Shown here in pieces: positions 53,341-64,000 of a stretch of 64,000 nt of DNA. The notes under the pieces are model-generated. The model ran no database searches and was not told the origin of the DNA. It saw only the letters and a program-made list of their open reading frames with translations. Source of the DNA: Mobula hypostoma (taxonomy: Eukaryota); the NCBI RefSeq assembly GCF_963921235.1, contig NC_086097.1, forward strand, positions 147,066,001 through 147,130,000, given 5' to 3'. Every line of letters begins with the position of its first letter. Within the stretch, counting starts at the first letter, position 1. A program made the translations under genes and the position numbers.

Positions 53341-56134
53341 ATAACCACAAATATGTAGCATTCTGAACTGAAGTCCGCAAAGAGAGTCCCATAGTTCAGC
53401 CCAGAGCCAAGTAAGCACTGTGGAGCAGCAATTATTATGCTTTACAAATTGCAACCTTTCATTCTTAGCTATTGCAGTAATTACATTATTACTGATCACC
53501 TTTATGGCTAAGGATCAAAGTATGCCACCTGAAATATGGAAGGCAATAGATAGATGGACTACTGACCTCACAATTGACCTCATTATGGCCTTACACCTTA
53601 TTATCTACCTGCAATGCACTTCCTTTGTAACTGTAACACTTTATTCTGCATTCTATTATTGTCTAACCTTGAACTATCTCAATGCTCTGTTGTAATGATA
53701 TGATCTGTATGATGGCATGCAAGGTAAAGTTTTATTTCTATGCCACAGTACATGTTATAGTACTTCACCAATTTATAATTTACAAGTTAGTATAATGGGT
53801 AGGGGTAACTCACTGAAGGGTCCTCTAAGGCAGGTTCAATGGCTCAGTCAATTCCCAATGTCCGAAGGTCAGATGTAGGCTGAGGTTGCACAATACAGTA
53901 TCTACAACATCGTTATACTGCTCCCTGCTCTATGCAGTGCATCACCATCGCTCACCTAGCAATAATAGTTATCAATCAGGATTCCCACCAAGTATTAAAA
54001 TGTCCCTTCTTAAATTTATTCGTTGCTCATCCCTCATTGCCCATTAGAAGGACTGCAGTTAAGTTGCATTCTTAAGCCATTGCATTCCTTCTAGTAATGC
54101 TGTGGTAATCCCTTCTGGTAATTCCACAATGCTGTGACAGTAGAATTTAGGGGCAGCAATGAGAAACAATATAGTTCACAATCAGAATGGTGTGTGTCCT
54201 GGAAAGAGCTTGCAAGTGGTTGCATAACCATATACCTGGTACCTCTTCCATATTTGTTAGGGAAATTTCTGGTTTGGGAGGTGATGTTGTAGCAGCTTCA
54301 AAAGTAATTGGCCATGCTTTCTGGATATAAATAAGAACAAGATAATGAGGGGAGGAGAGTTGGAGAACACCAAAGGGAAGGTGTGTACTAGGGTGGAAGC
54401 AGGAGAGTTTGAATGATGTAACTGGTGATGGAGTTCATTGAAGGAGGACGGCAAAGGCTGGTGAATGACAGAGGATATATTCCCAGATTGAGATTCTAAA
54501 TTGAAGAAAGGCCAACTTTGATGGTTTTAGAAAGGGTCTGTCAAGCGTGGATTGGGACAGGTTGTTTTCTGACAAACATGTACATGGTAAATGGGGGGCC
54601 TTCAAACGTGAAATTTTGAGACAACAGTGTTTGTACATTCCTGGCAGAACAAAAGGAAAGCATAACAGGTTTAGGGAACCTTGGTAAACTACTGAGGCCC
54701 TGGTTAAGAAAAACGAGAAGGTGTATAGCAGGTATAGGCAGGCAAAAGCAAAAAAGGTACTTGAAGAATATAAGAAATGCAAGAGAACACTTAAGAAAGA
54801 AATAAGGAGGGCTAAAATAAGGCATGAGATTAAAGTAAGGCATAAAAGGCATAAGGCTAAAATAAGGCATAAGGCATGAGGCATATATCTTCTATGTTAG
54901 ACACTTGCTTTACCACTGATGAGATTAAGAATATTATTTTTTCTATGAACCTGGGGAAAGCTCCTGGTCCTGATGGGTTTACCATGGAATTTTATAAATT
55001 TTTTGCATCTTCATTAATCCCTTGGTTATTCAGGGTTCTGGAGGCCTCATTAAAACTTGGTAAACTTCCTGAATACTTTTATACAGCAACGATCTATTTA
55101 ATATTAAAGAAGGATAAAGATCCTGCTCAATGTGCATCTTATAGACCAATATCCTTATTAAATGTTGACTCTAAAATTTTTTCTAAATTATTATCAAACA
55201 GATTAGAAAAAGCACTTCCTTATATTATTTCGGAAGACCAAACGGGTTTTATTAAAGGTCGTTACTCTTTTTATAATATTCGTACACTGTTAAACATTGT
55301 CTATACCCCGTCACAAAATGATCCTGAATGCGTCATTTCCTTAGACGCTGAAAAGGCCTTCAACAGAGTCGAATGGCCTTACTTATTTAAGGTGCTTGAA
55401 ATGTTTAATTTCAGCCTGAAATTTATATCCTGGATCAAATTGTTATATCATTCTCCTATGGCCTCAGTCTGTACTAACTCTTTAAACTCACCTTTTTTCC
55501 TCTTTTTCAAGGTACCAGACAAAGTTGTCCTCTCAGTCCTTTATTATTTGATATTGCATTAGAACCTCTTGCAATTGCTATTCGAGAATCTCCAAATATT
55601 ATTGGTATAACTCGTGGTTTAAAGTCTCATAAAGTATCACTTTATGCTGATGACTTACTTTTATGTATTTCTAATCCTCAAAAATCTATTCCTGCTGCTT
55701 TAGATTTATTAGCACAATTTAGTCTTTTTTCAGGTTATAAGTTAAATCTCAATAAGAGTGAACTTTTCCTGATTAATAAGCAAGTTCCCTTATATCAGAA
55801 TCTCCCGTTTAAATTGGTTAATAACCATTTTTCATATCTAGGGATTAAAATTACCTGTAAACATAAGGATTTATTTAAGACTAATTTCCTACCCTTAATT
55901 GATCACATTACTCAACTTTCATTTAAATGGTCTCCACTTTATTTAATTTTGATTGGTCGTGTTACTGCTGTTAAGATGTTTATTCTGCCAAAATTTTTAT
56001 ATGTATTTCAGGCACTACCGTTTTTTGTTCCAAAATACTTTTTTGACAAAGTTGACCATAAAATTTCTTCAACCAACATACATCAAAGTTGCTGGTGAAC
56101 ACAGCAGGCCAAGCAGCATCTATAGGAAGAGGCG

Positions 56135-56172
56135 CAGTCGACGTTTCAGGCCGAGACCCTTCGTCAGGACTA
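56135..56172 (-). ncRNA. Minimal type I hammerhead ribozyme motif (inverted copy)
   Basis: Exact reverse complement of 56233-56270. Confidence 0.8.
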
Positions 56173-56232
56173 ACTGAAGGAAGAGTGAGTAAGGGATTTG
56201 AAAGCTGGAGGGGGACTCACTCTTCCTTCAGT

Positions 56233-56270
56233 TAGTCCTGACGAAGGGTCTCGGCCTGAAACGTCGACTG
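56233..56270 (+). ncRNA. Minimal type I hammerhead ribozyme motif
   Basis: Stem I tagtc/gactg; core CTGACGA; stem II AGG/CCT; GAAAC-GTC cleavage triplet. Confidence 0.8.
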
Positions 56271-59006
56271 TGCCTCTTCCTATAGATGCTGCTTGGCCTG
56301 CTGCGTTCACCAGCAACTTTGATGTATGTTGCTTGAATTTCCAGCATCTGCAGAATTCCTGTTGTTTGCGTATAAAATTTCTTCATTTATTTGGCAAAAT
56401 AAAAACCCGAGATTGGGTAGAATACATCTACAGAAAGCTAAGAGAGATGGAGGTTTGGCATTACCTAACTTTAGATTCTATTATTGGGCAATTAATATTC
56501 GACACATGAAATTTTGGTTACTTGACAAGATACATTATCCATTCCTAAATGGGTAGTATTGGAATTACAATCTGCTCAAGGTTATGCACTTGGCTCCATT
56601 TTAGGTTCTTCTCTTCCTTTCGATTTGAAACGCCACAAACAGGTTTGTAACTCAATAGTTAAATATACCTTACGTGTTTGGTTTCAATTCCGAAAATTTT
56701 TCAATCTTAATCAATTTGGGCTTGCGATTCCTATTTTAGGCAACATATTCTTTCCCCACTCTTCCATGGACCGTGCCTTTCAAATTTTGAAGACTAATGG
56801 TATATTACGGTTTTTGGATTTATCTTTAGATGGCTCCCTTATGTCTTTTGAACAATTATCTAACAAATATAACTTACCAAGAATACATTTTTTTAGATAC
56901 CTCCAAATTAGAAATTTCCTAAGTACTATATTCTCTTCCTTTCTGACGTTACCTCCTACATATATTTTAGATACTATAATTAACCTTAACCCATGTCAGA
57001 AAGGTGTAACAGCTATTATTTATAATACTATCCTGAAACTTAGGAAAGCTCCATTCGATAAGATTAGGTCAGATTGGGAAAAGGAATTGGGTCTTATTAT
57101 TCCGGTGGATGACTGGGCGCATATTTTACAACTAGTCAATACTTCCTCTATCTGTTCCAAATATTCCCTAATTCAATTTAAAGTTGTTCATAGAGCGCAT
57201 ATGTCTAAAGATAAATTAGCTCGTTTTTATTCTCATATTAACCCTCTTTGTGACAGATGTCATGGGGAGATAGCTTCCTTAACTCATATGTTTTGGTCCT
57301 GTCCTACTTTGGAAACTTCTTGGAAAGATATTTTTAATATTATTTCAAAGGTATTGGATATAGATATTTCTCCCCATCCTATTACTGCTATCTTTGGATT
57401 ACCTAAAATTTACAGTAATCTTTCCCCCTCAGCCCGTAGAAAGATTGCATTTCTTACTTTAACGGCGAAAAGACGTATTTTACAACATTGGAAGGAGATT
57501 AATGCCCCAACTATGTTCTTTTGGTTTTCTCAGATGATACTATGTTTAAATTTGGAGAAAATCAGAAGTAATCTTTATGATCCTTCAGTTAAATTTGAAC
57601 AGACCTGGGGATCTTTTATTTAACATTTTCATTTAATGTAATTTTTTTTTCTCTTTGCCCATATTTACATTCCCTTCTTGCTTTTTAACTGTTTTTAATG
57701 GAGGTCGGGTTTGAGCATGTGATTGTTTTAAGTTGTTTAAGTCTACTTGATACCTAGTTAGCCCATTGCTTTGCTTTGCTTTTTAGATTAGTTGCACGGT
57801 GGGTTTTTTCTTCTGTTTATTGATATGTATGGAAAATTAGTATACCATTATATTACCCTGTTATTGTATATCTAAACTGCACTGTTTGTACTAATTTTTT
57901 TTGGTTATTAATATCGCTTGTAAATTTATATTGCAACAGTGTATTAGTGTCTACATGGTTTACCTTTTGTGTACTAATTCAATAAAAAGATTTAAAAAGA
58001 GATTACTCTAGCAGACAAGGGGAAGGAGAATCCTAAGGGCTTCTACAGGTATATTAAGAGCAAAAGGATAGCAAGAGATAAAACTGGTCCTCTGGAAGAT
58101 CAGAGTGGTAATCTATGTGTGGAGCCAAAAGAGATGGGGGAGATCTTAAATAGATTTTTTGCATCTGTATTTACGAGGGAGAGAGACACAGACCTATACC
58201 TGTGAGGCAATGCAGCCACAATGTTATGGACCCTATGCAGCTTACAGAGGAGGACGTGTTTGCTGTCTTGAGGCAAATTAGGGTGATTAAATCCCCAAGA
58301 CACTGACAGTGTGTTCTCGCGGACCCTATGGAAGGCTAGAGCAGAATTTACAGGGGCCCGAGCAGAGATATGTTAAACATCCTTAGCCATGAATCAGTTG
58401 CCAAAGGATTGCAGGATAGCTAGTGTTGTTCTGTTGTTTAAAAAAGGCTCCAACAGTAAGCCAAGAAATTATAGGTCAGTGAGCCTGACATCAGTAGTAG
58501 GAAGATTATTGGAAGGTGTTCTAACAGACTGGATATATGAGTGTTTGGATAGACAGACTGGTTAGGGATAGTCAACCTGGCTGTGTACGTGGTAAGACAT
58601 ACCCCATTGATTCTTGAGAATTTAGATAAAACAGGTTTTAATTTTGAAAAGAAAAATTTTTAAAGGTTAAGAAATCTAAACATATGTTTAGGTGCAACCT
58701 CCTGATTTTGTAATTTTTTTCAGAAAATACATGCTTTTCCTGTCATTACTTAGTTTTTGTCAACACAGTCAGACACAATAAAGAACTAATTTTTCCTATT
58801 TATTTAGTCTTAAATAGATTTAGAGCTTTTAAATAATTGTGTCTACACCATAGGTACACATATATGCTGTTAAATGTTGAATAATCACTTTCTTTCATTT
58901 TTTATATTATTTCACATGTACTCCTTTAAAAACATGCAACTTTTATCATTAGCATTAAATATACAAAATAACAATTTTGGACATAAAAACATTTTTAATT
59001 TTAAAG

Positions 59007-59869
59007 TGTGACGAGAATACACATAAAAATTAAGATGTTTGCTGGCCTGGGCTAGCATCAGTGGCATCAGCAGTTGGTCTGCCACCTGCCCTCAGGGGAA
59101 GGAGAGATAAGGAACAATGGAGCAGCGTCTGGAGATGTGTAATGAAGGGACATGGGAGAGAGAGCTGTCTGGAGCGGCTCCCCCCTTTGAACCTTGAACT
59201 GTTTGAAGTGATGGACAGGCGATACCCCAGCAGGGGGATAAAAAGGGACCAGTTCACTAAGGCAAGACACACGCCACCCGAGGTAACGAGACCCTGGAAG
59301 CGGTGCGCCTCTCACGAGTGGGTGAGAAGTACCAGACAACGACCAGGGTGGAAAGGTATGATCAGCGGGAACCCGGTGTGTGTCCGCCCTTGCCTGGGTG
59401 CCGGGTTCACTGCAGAGGATCGACCGCATCTGGAGGAGGGGTCACAGTCGGTGACCTCAGGTGACATCACCAAGGACCCGCCCAAAAGTTGCTTGTGAGC
59501 AATATCGCCGGTCTGTGAGTGAAGCCGTTCTGAATGATCAGTTGTTCCCGTCCTATCTCTCTCTTCCCCCCCACGTTGTCCATCGCCAGGGCAACGATTA
59601 CTGCGAACTGAACTACTAAACTGGACTGAACTTTGAGTCACTTTTAAATTTGGTCATTTACCCCTAGACAACGATAGAGCTTGATTGATGCTGTTATCTT
59701 AATTCTGTGCACATGTGTGGTTATCATTGTTGAACTGTTGCATTTATTATCCTTTCGATTACTGTGTTGCTTGTTTCTTTAATAAAACTTTCTTAGTTCT
59801 AGTACTCCAGACTCCAACTGAGTGATCCATTTCTGCTGGTTTGGCAACCCAGTTACGGGGTACGTAACA
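59007..59869 (+). mobile_element. Solo LTR inserted in the DNA transposon
   Basis: TGTGACG...CGTAACA termini; flanks aaag / aaat; gataaaa TATA-like box and aataaa; CpGs retained (young). Confidence 0.85.
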
Positions 59870-60251
59870 AAATACACAATTACTTTAATAAATCAACCAT
59901 TTTGGAGGAACAGATTGTAAGCATATTAATTTAAAACAAAGAAAGTTCCATCTGACGGTGGTGACTGCGACCTGACGGTGGTGGCAGTGGCCTAATTACA
60001 ACAAACAATTCCAACCTTTTCACCACTCAAGTCAATGCTTCCTTGCTTAACAACTTTATTTAACAATTTGGTACAACAAATAACAATTTGTCATGTACAT
60101 TTTATCCTTCTGTAAATATTAACAACAATGGTAAACAGCAAAATAAAAACGACAGTACAACTGCAATGTTTAAGCATAAATATCAGAAAACACACCAGGA
60201 ACTAAATAAAAAATTCCATCCATTTCTGGGCTTGAAAATCTTTGAAAACTT

Positions 60252-62795
60252 TCAGTCAGCTTTATCAGGAAGTAGATGATTAATATGCTCCTCCTCTGTG
60301 AAGTCCATGACCTCAGCAGACAGGTGGTAGGTCTCCCTCGTCCTGCTTGCATGATCTGGTGATGATGGCTCCATCAGTCTGACCAGAATATCTTCAACTG
60401 GTACAAAGCACATATTCTTTCCACCTGGTTTTGGATGGAAGCGTGTGTTGGGCCCATAACGATGGAAAAACTCCACTTGAACATCTTGATGATGAGCATC
60501 CACAGTGACAGCCTTTGCTAACCATCAATTTTGGTCATAAATGACTGCAAGCCAATCTCCACAATTAATGACACCAGCAGATATATCTGTCGTAGTCCTG
60601 TCAGGACCACTCTGAGGTTCCTGCTCCATTTCCTTCATCGGCATTGCCAAAGGCCCTCTGTTCTTTCCCATTTTGGTAGAGCCATCATTCTCCTCAGCCT
60701 GTACCCTGGCATGTGTATTTTTAGTCAACTGAAATGTTGTTGGGTTGAAACACTGACACATCTGTGGCTCACTGCAGAAACATGACAATGATTTGCAATG
60801 GATGCTGTTTTCATAAGGTATGACCTGATGGATTTTCCTCGTGCTGGTACAGGTTTTAGTGGTTGAGAAAGGAGTGCATCATATGTTTGCATGTCACCTT
60901 CAGCAATATGATAGAGCTGAGTACTGCTTCTCCCAACCATCTCATGGAAGATCTTGCTGTCCACAATGTCATTCCCCTGTAGTACAAGGCTGTCTGCAGT
61001 CCTTTTCACAGTTCCCCCAATGCCATCTGGAGTTCCCTTCCCATGAGAAGCGGCGAAGAAGTTCCAGGTTGTTTTCTGGAAACCCAGTGTTGGAGGGACA
61101 TTGCAGAGGAGATAGAAGTTCTTCTTGTTTTTGTACTGCTTGCTGGGGCCATCTGACCAAAATTGAATGGTATCAACTTCTGGAAATTTTAAACGAATAT
61201 TTCAGAGGACTGGTTTCATGTGAGTCCAAATGGCAGAAGCATCCTGTCGCTTGGATTCTGATATTGTACAGAATCCTGCTTTCTCTTCTTTTGTGTAGTA
61301 CATGCCAGTGTGCAGATTGAGTTGTGGGAGGTTCTAACCAAAAATGGCATGACTGTACCTCAGAACTATATTTGCATTTCCATGCCTCAGAAAAGTCCAC
61401 ATGCACAATTACAGTGCTTTCATTGCAGTTCTGTATCATGCTCCTGTATTCCCTGGACTAGTCCTGAACCAAGCACACGTGTTGTTGTTTTAATCTTTAG
61501 TTTGTCTTCATACAGTTTGATCAGCTCTGCCAGTGTGCCATTGTGCTTCACAAGTCTTGTGTTGTAGTGAATTCCATCTGCTGTTTGGTCCTGAACTCAT
61601 TCCCATTGCTGCCACTCAACATCGGTCAACTCTTCGCTGTGGGGTGAGAAGTGTGTGCTGGTGGAGACACCAGGTGCAGGAGCGCAGAAGACATGCCTTG
61701 CTTGTCTGAGAACAATATACAAGTTCAAAACTATCCTCCAATTTGCTAGACTTGACAATACCATATGTTCTTAGGACCTCAAACATCAGCTCTGCATTTT
61801 CATGGCATTGGCATGTCTTTCAATCTGATGGTTTTGGTGCTGTGACATAGCACAGAAGGATGAATAACTGAGTTTTACGGTTGGTTCCTTTTTGATGAAC
61901 TCCCTGTGGAGGTTGAATATTGTGCCAGTCAGAATCATTCTCTAATGCTTTATTTTCTTCCGTGTTATCGTGTCCTGTTTGCCAGTCATCATTCGTGCAG
62001 CATTATGGTAGAAATCCTGAACCATCTGGGTTATTGTTTGAATATAAGTGGATTTTTTGTCAGTAGTCCTTCTCTTTCACAGTGTGTTGTATGTCAGCCC
62101 GAACTGCTTTGTCTGGTGTATTAGGCGATATTTCTTTAGAACCCTGCCTGACAGAGTCAAATTCTTTGATTTTTGAGCAGACTTGAGCAGAATTATTTTT
62201 GTTTTGATTAAATTCTTGAATGAGACAGTTGTGGAAGAGCAGAGTTTTCTTGATCGAGGGGTTTTTGAGTTTGCTTCCCCGTAGTATCTGCTCTGTTTTT
62301 TTTTCTTGTTGATTCTTGCGTTTTTATATTGCTAGTTTGCTCTCATCACCAACGCTTTTTCAGTTTGTTCCTATCTTTTATTATCTCTTGAAGTTTATTT
62401 TTCAAAGCTTTCATCTCTCTCAGGTATCTCGCTCTTATTTTCTTTCTTTCCCTTTCCCCTGCTATAGACTGCCTACTGTGAGCTGGCTCCTGTATAGTCT
62501 GATCCAATGGACTATCTGGGGGAGTTTCTGGGCATTCTGGGTCCTTTCTCTTACGCTGTCTTGACTCTTGCTGTCTATGTTTCCATGCCTTTCTCTTACT
62601 CCTCTTTTCCCTTTCATTCAAATCACTGATAGTTTTTATCTTCCCATCCTCTACTCTCTTCTTCCATCTTTGCTTTTCCTTTCTCAAGTATTCCTCCTTT
62701 AACTCTGGCTCTCTATATACTTTCTCTCTCTGCTTTTTTTGGTAATCTCTGTTTCTTCTCCTTTGCTCCTCCACTGATAGCTGCTGCCTAACCAT
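60252..62795 (-). pseudogene. Frameshifted transposase gene of the Sola2-like element
   Basis: Charged N-terminus MVRQQLSVEEQRRRNR.., three acidic motifs, C-terminal CFC..CQC and GDWLAVIYD, spread across several frames. Confidence 0.8.
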
Positions 62796-64000
62796 AACTT
62801 CCTAAAATACGTAAAAGGAAGGTCAGAATTTAATGGAATTATTATGAAATTGTGCAAAATTACTATGAATTTAATTACATTTAATTTGGTGAAATTTTAT
62901 AAAATGATTATGAAATGGTGCAACTAAATTCATTTATGTTTTTAGTCATTGGTGATACATATAATAAGGAAATATTGTAGGCCTGTGTGTGGAAGAAATA
63001 AAGGGGAAATTATGTATATTATAAATAAAGAGGTTAATGAAACATTACAAGCCCTATTACTATTTAGTTTGATCATGAATTATATTCAGGCCTCCATTGA
63101 GGATGATTTGGATGTTTTGTCAACACTATCAAACTATGTGTCACCACCATCAGACAGAAAACCTAACAGTTTTAATGTCTGACAGTGGTGACAAGAACAC
63201 ACTTTTTTACATGACATGCATGAGTTGTATACAGGAGCCATCTTGTTTTCCCTCTGTTGCTAGCTGCCTCTGGCCTCTACTTAAAATGCATAAATTTATA
63301 TCATATTGTAAAATAATTCTTTTTATACAAAAGAGACAGTGTTGACACATCATGGTTGTGACAGTAGCAACATCAATAAATATGTAAAAATTATTGAAAA
63401 AATAGAAAACTTACAGGAGTTTGTTTGACCTTGTTGCATTTAGCAGATGTGGAGGGTGGAAAGGGGGTCCTCAGGAATATAGTTGACCATGTGGTTGCCT
63501 GATTTTATTGCTTTTTTTATAAACATCTGACGGTGTTGACAAAAACTTGGGACACATTTTGAGCAACCACAAAATAAAAGTAAATATTGTTGAAAATTCA
63601 CTGCTTTTAGTTTTAATAGGTGTTTCACTCTACTCTTTCATCTAGCATATATATTATACATTTTAAATTATTTTTTCACACTTTTTTATCAAATTGAAAT
63701 GATAATCTCTTGTCTGAGGACAACTGACTTTGTGGGTACTGGGCTATCATATAATCATATAATTTATAAAATTAAAAACAAGCATATGAAAAAATGTTGC
63801 ATTTATGCAAAAGACCCTCAGATGATCAACCCTGATTATTTTAAATCAGAAAAAATATTATTTATTTTCAACGGACTTAGCACTTTTTTTAGTGGGACAT
63901 GTTTACAGCGACGACTCAAGAATCCATGACTTAACCGGACTTATAATGTTTCTTGATGAAGTTATTATGAAAGTTGATGAAGGCAGGGCAGTAGATATTT

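Larger units (their letters stand above)
56072..56371. mobile_element. 300-bp Penelope-derived inverted pLTR pair
   Basis: 117-bp inverted arms 56074-56190 / 56215-56331; 14-bp TSD ataaaatttcttca. Confidence 0.92.
54886..57998 (+). mobile_element. L1-clade LINE (fish-type), 5'-truncated ORF2 + 3'UTR
   Basis: KAPGPDGF, YRPISLLNVD, QTGFIKGR, SLDAEKAFNRVEW, LYADD, C-terminal CDRC..LTHMFWSC; aataaa + A-rich end; TSD gagatt. Confidence 0.93.
58609..63924 (-). mobile_element. DDD-type DNA transposon, Sola2-like, with degraded transposase
   Basis: TIR GATTCTTGAG / CTCAAGAATC; flanks catt / catg; motifs VHVDFSE..EVQSCHF, WSDGPSKQYKNKKNF, WNFFAASHGKGTPDGIGGTVKR. Confidence 0.8.
54478..64000 (+). mobile_element. 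Host CR1 split into three pieces (54478-54831, 57999-58600, 63925-end)
   Basis: Pieces are colinear with the CR1 at 14310-17220 and resume where interrupted. Confidence 0.8.

Noticed and set aside
59030..59641. GC-rich ORF cluster or apparent CpG island
   Set aside because: Entirely inside a young solo LTR
1..64000. CRISPR arrays, prokaryotic operons, tRNA/rRNA genes
   Set aside because: No regularly spaced repeats or recognisable structural RNA genes; the sequence is eukaryotic repeat-rich DNA

Overview
Vertebrate, repeat-dominated, AT-rich genomic DNA. The repeat spectrum (esterase-bearing CR1 LINEs, Penelope-like elements, Rex1/Babar, RTE, fish-type L1, chromoviral Gypsy) suggests a cartilaginous fish, probably a ray; this is an inference. 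No complete host gene is recognisable. A CpG-richer, GC-box-containing segment at ~27.9-29.9 kb with minus-strand splice signals probably marks the 5' end of an unidentified gene. Most long ORFs in the track are broken transposon fragments or their antisense shadows. Highlights: (1) a 300-bp Penelope-derived hairpin insertion carrying two intact-looking minimal hammerhead ribozyme motifs, plus decayed copies elsewhere; (2) a ~5.3-kb DDD DNA transposon (Sola2-like) with TIRs, subterminal repeats and a 5' intron; (3) multi-layer nested insertions; (4) junction signatures of templated DNA capture and a possible CR1 5' inversion; (5) a degraded R2-like fossil outside rDNA. Repeat boundaries are approximate unless a TSD or TIR is quoted.
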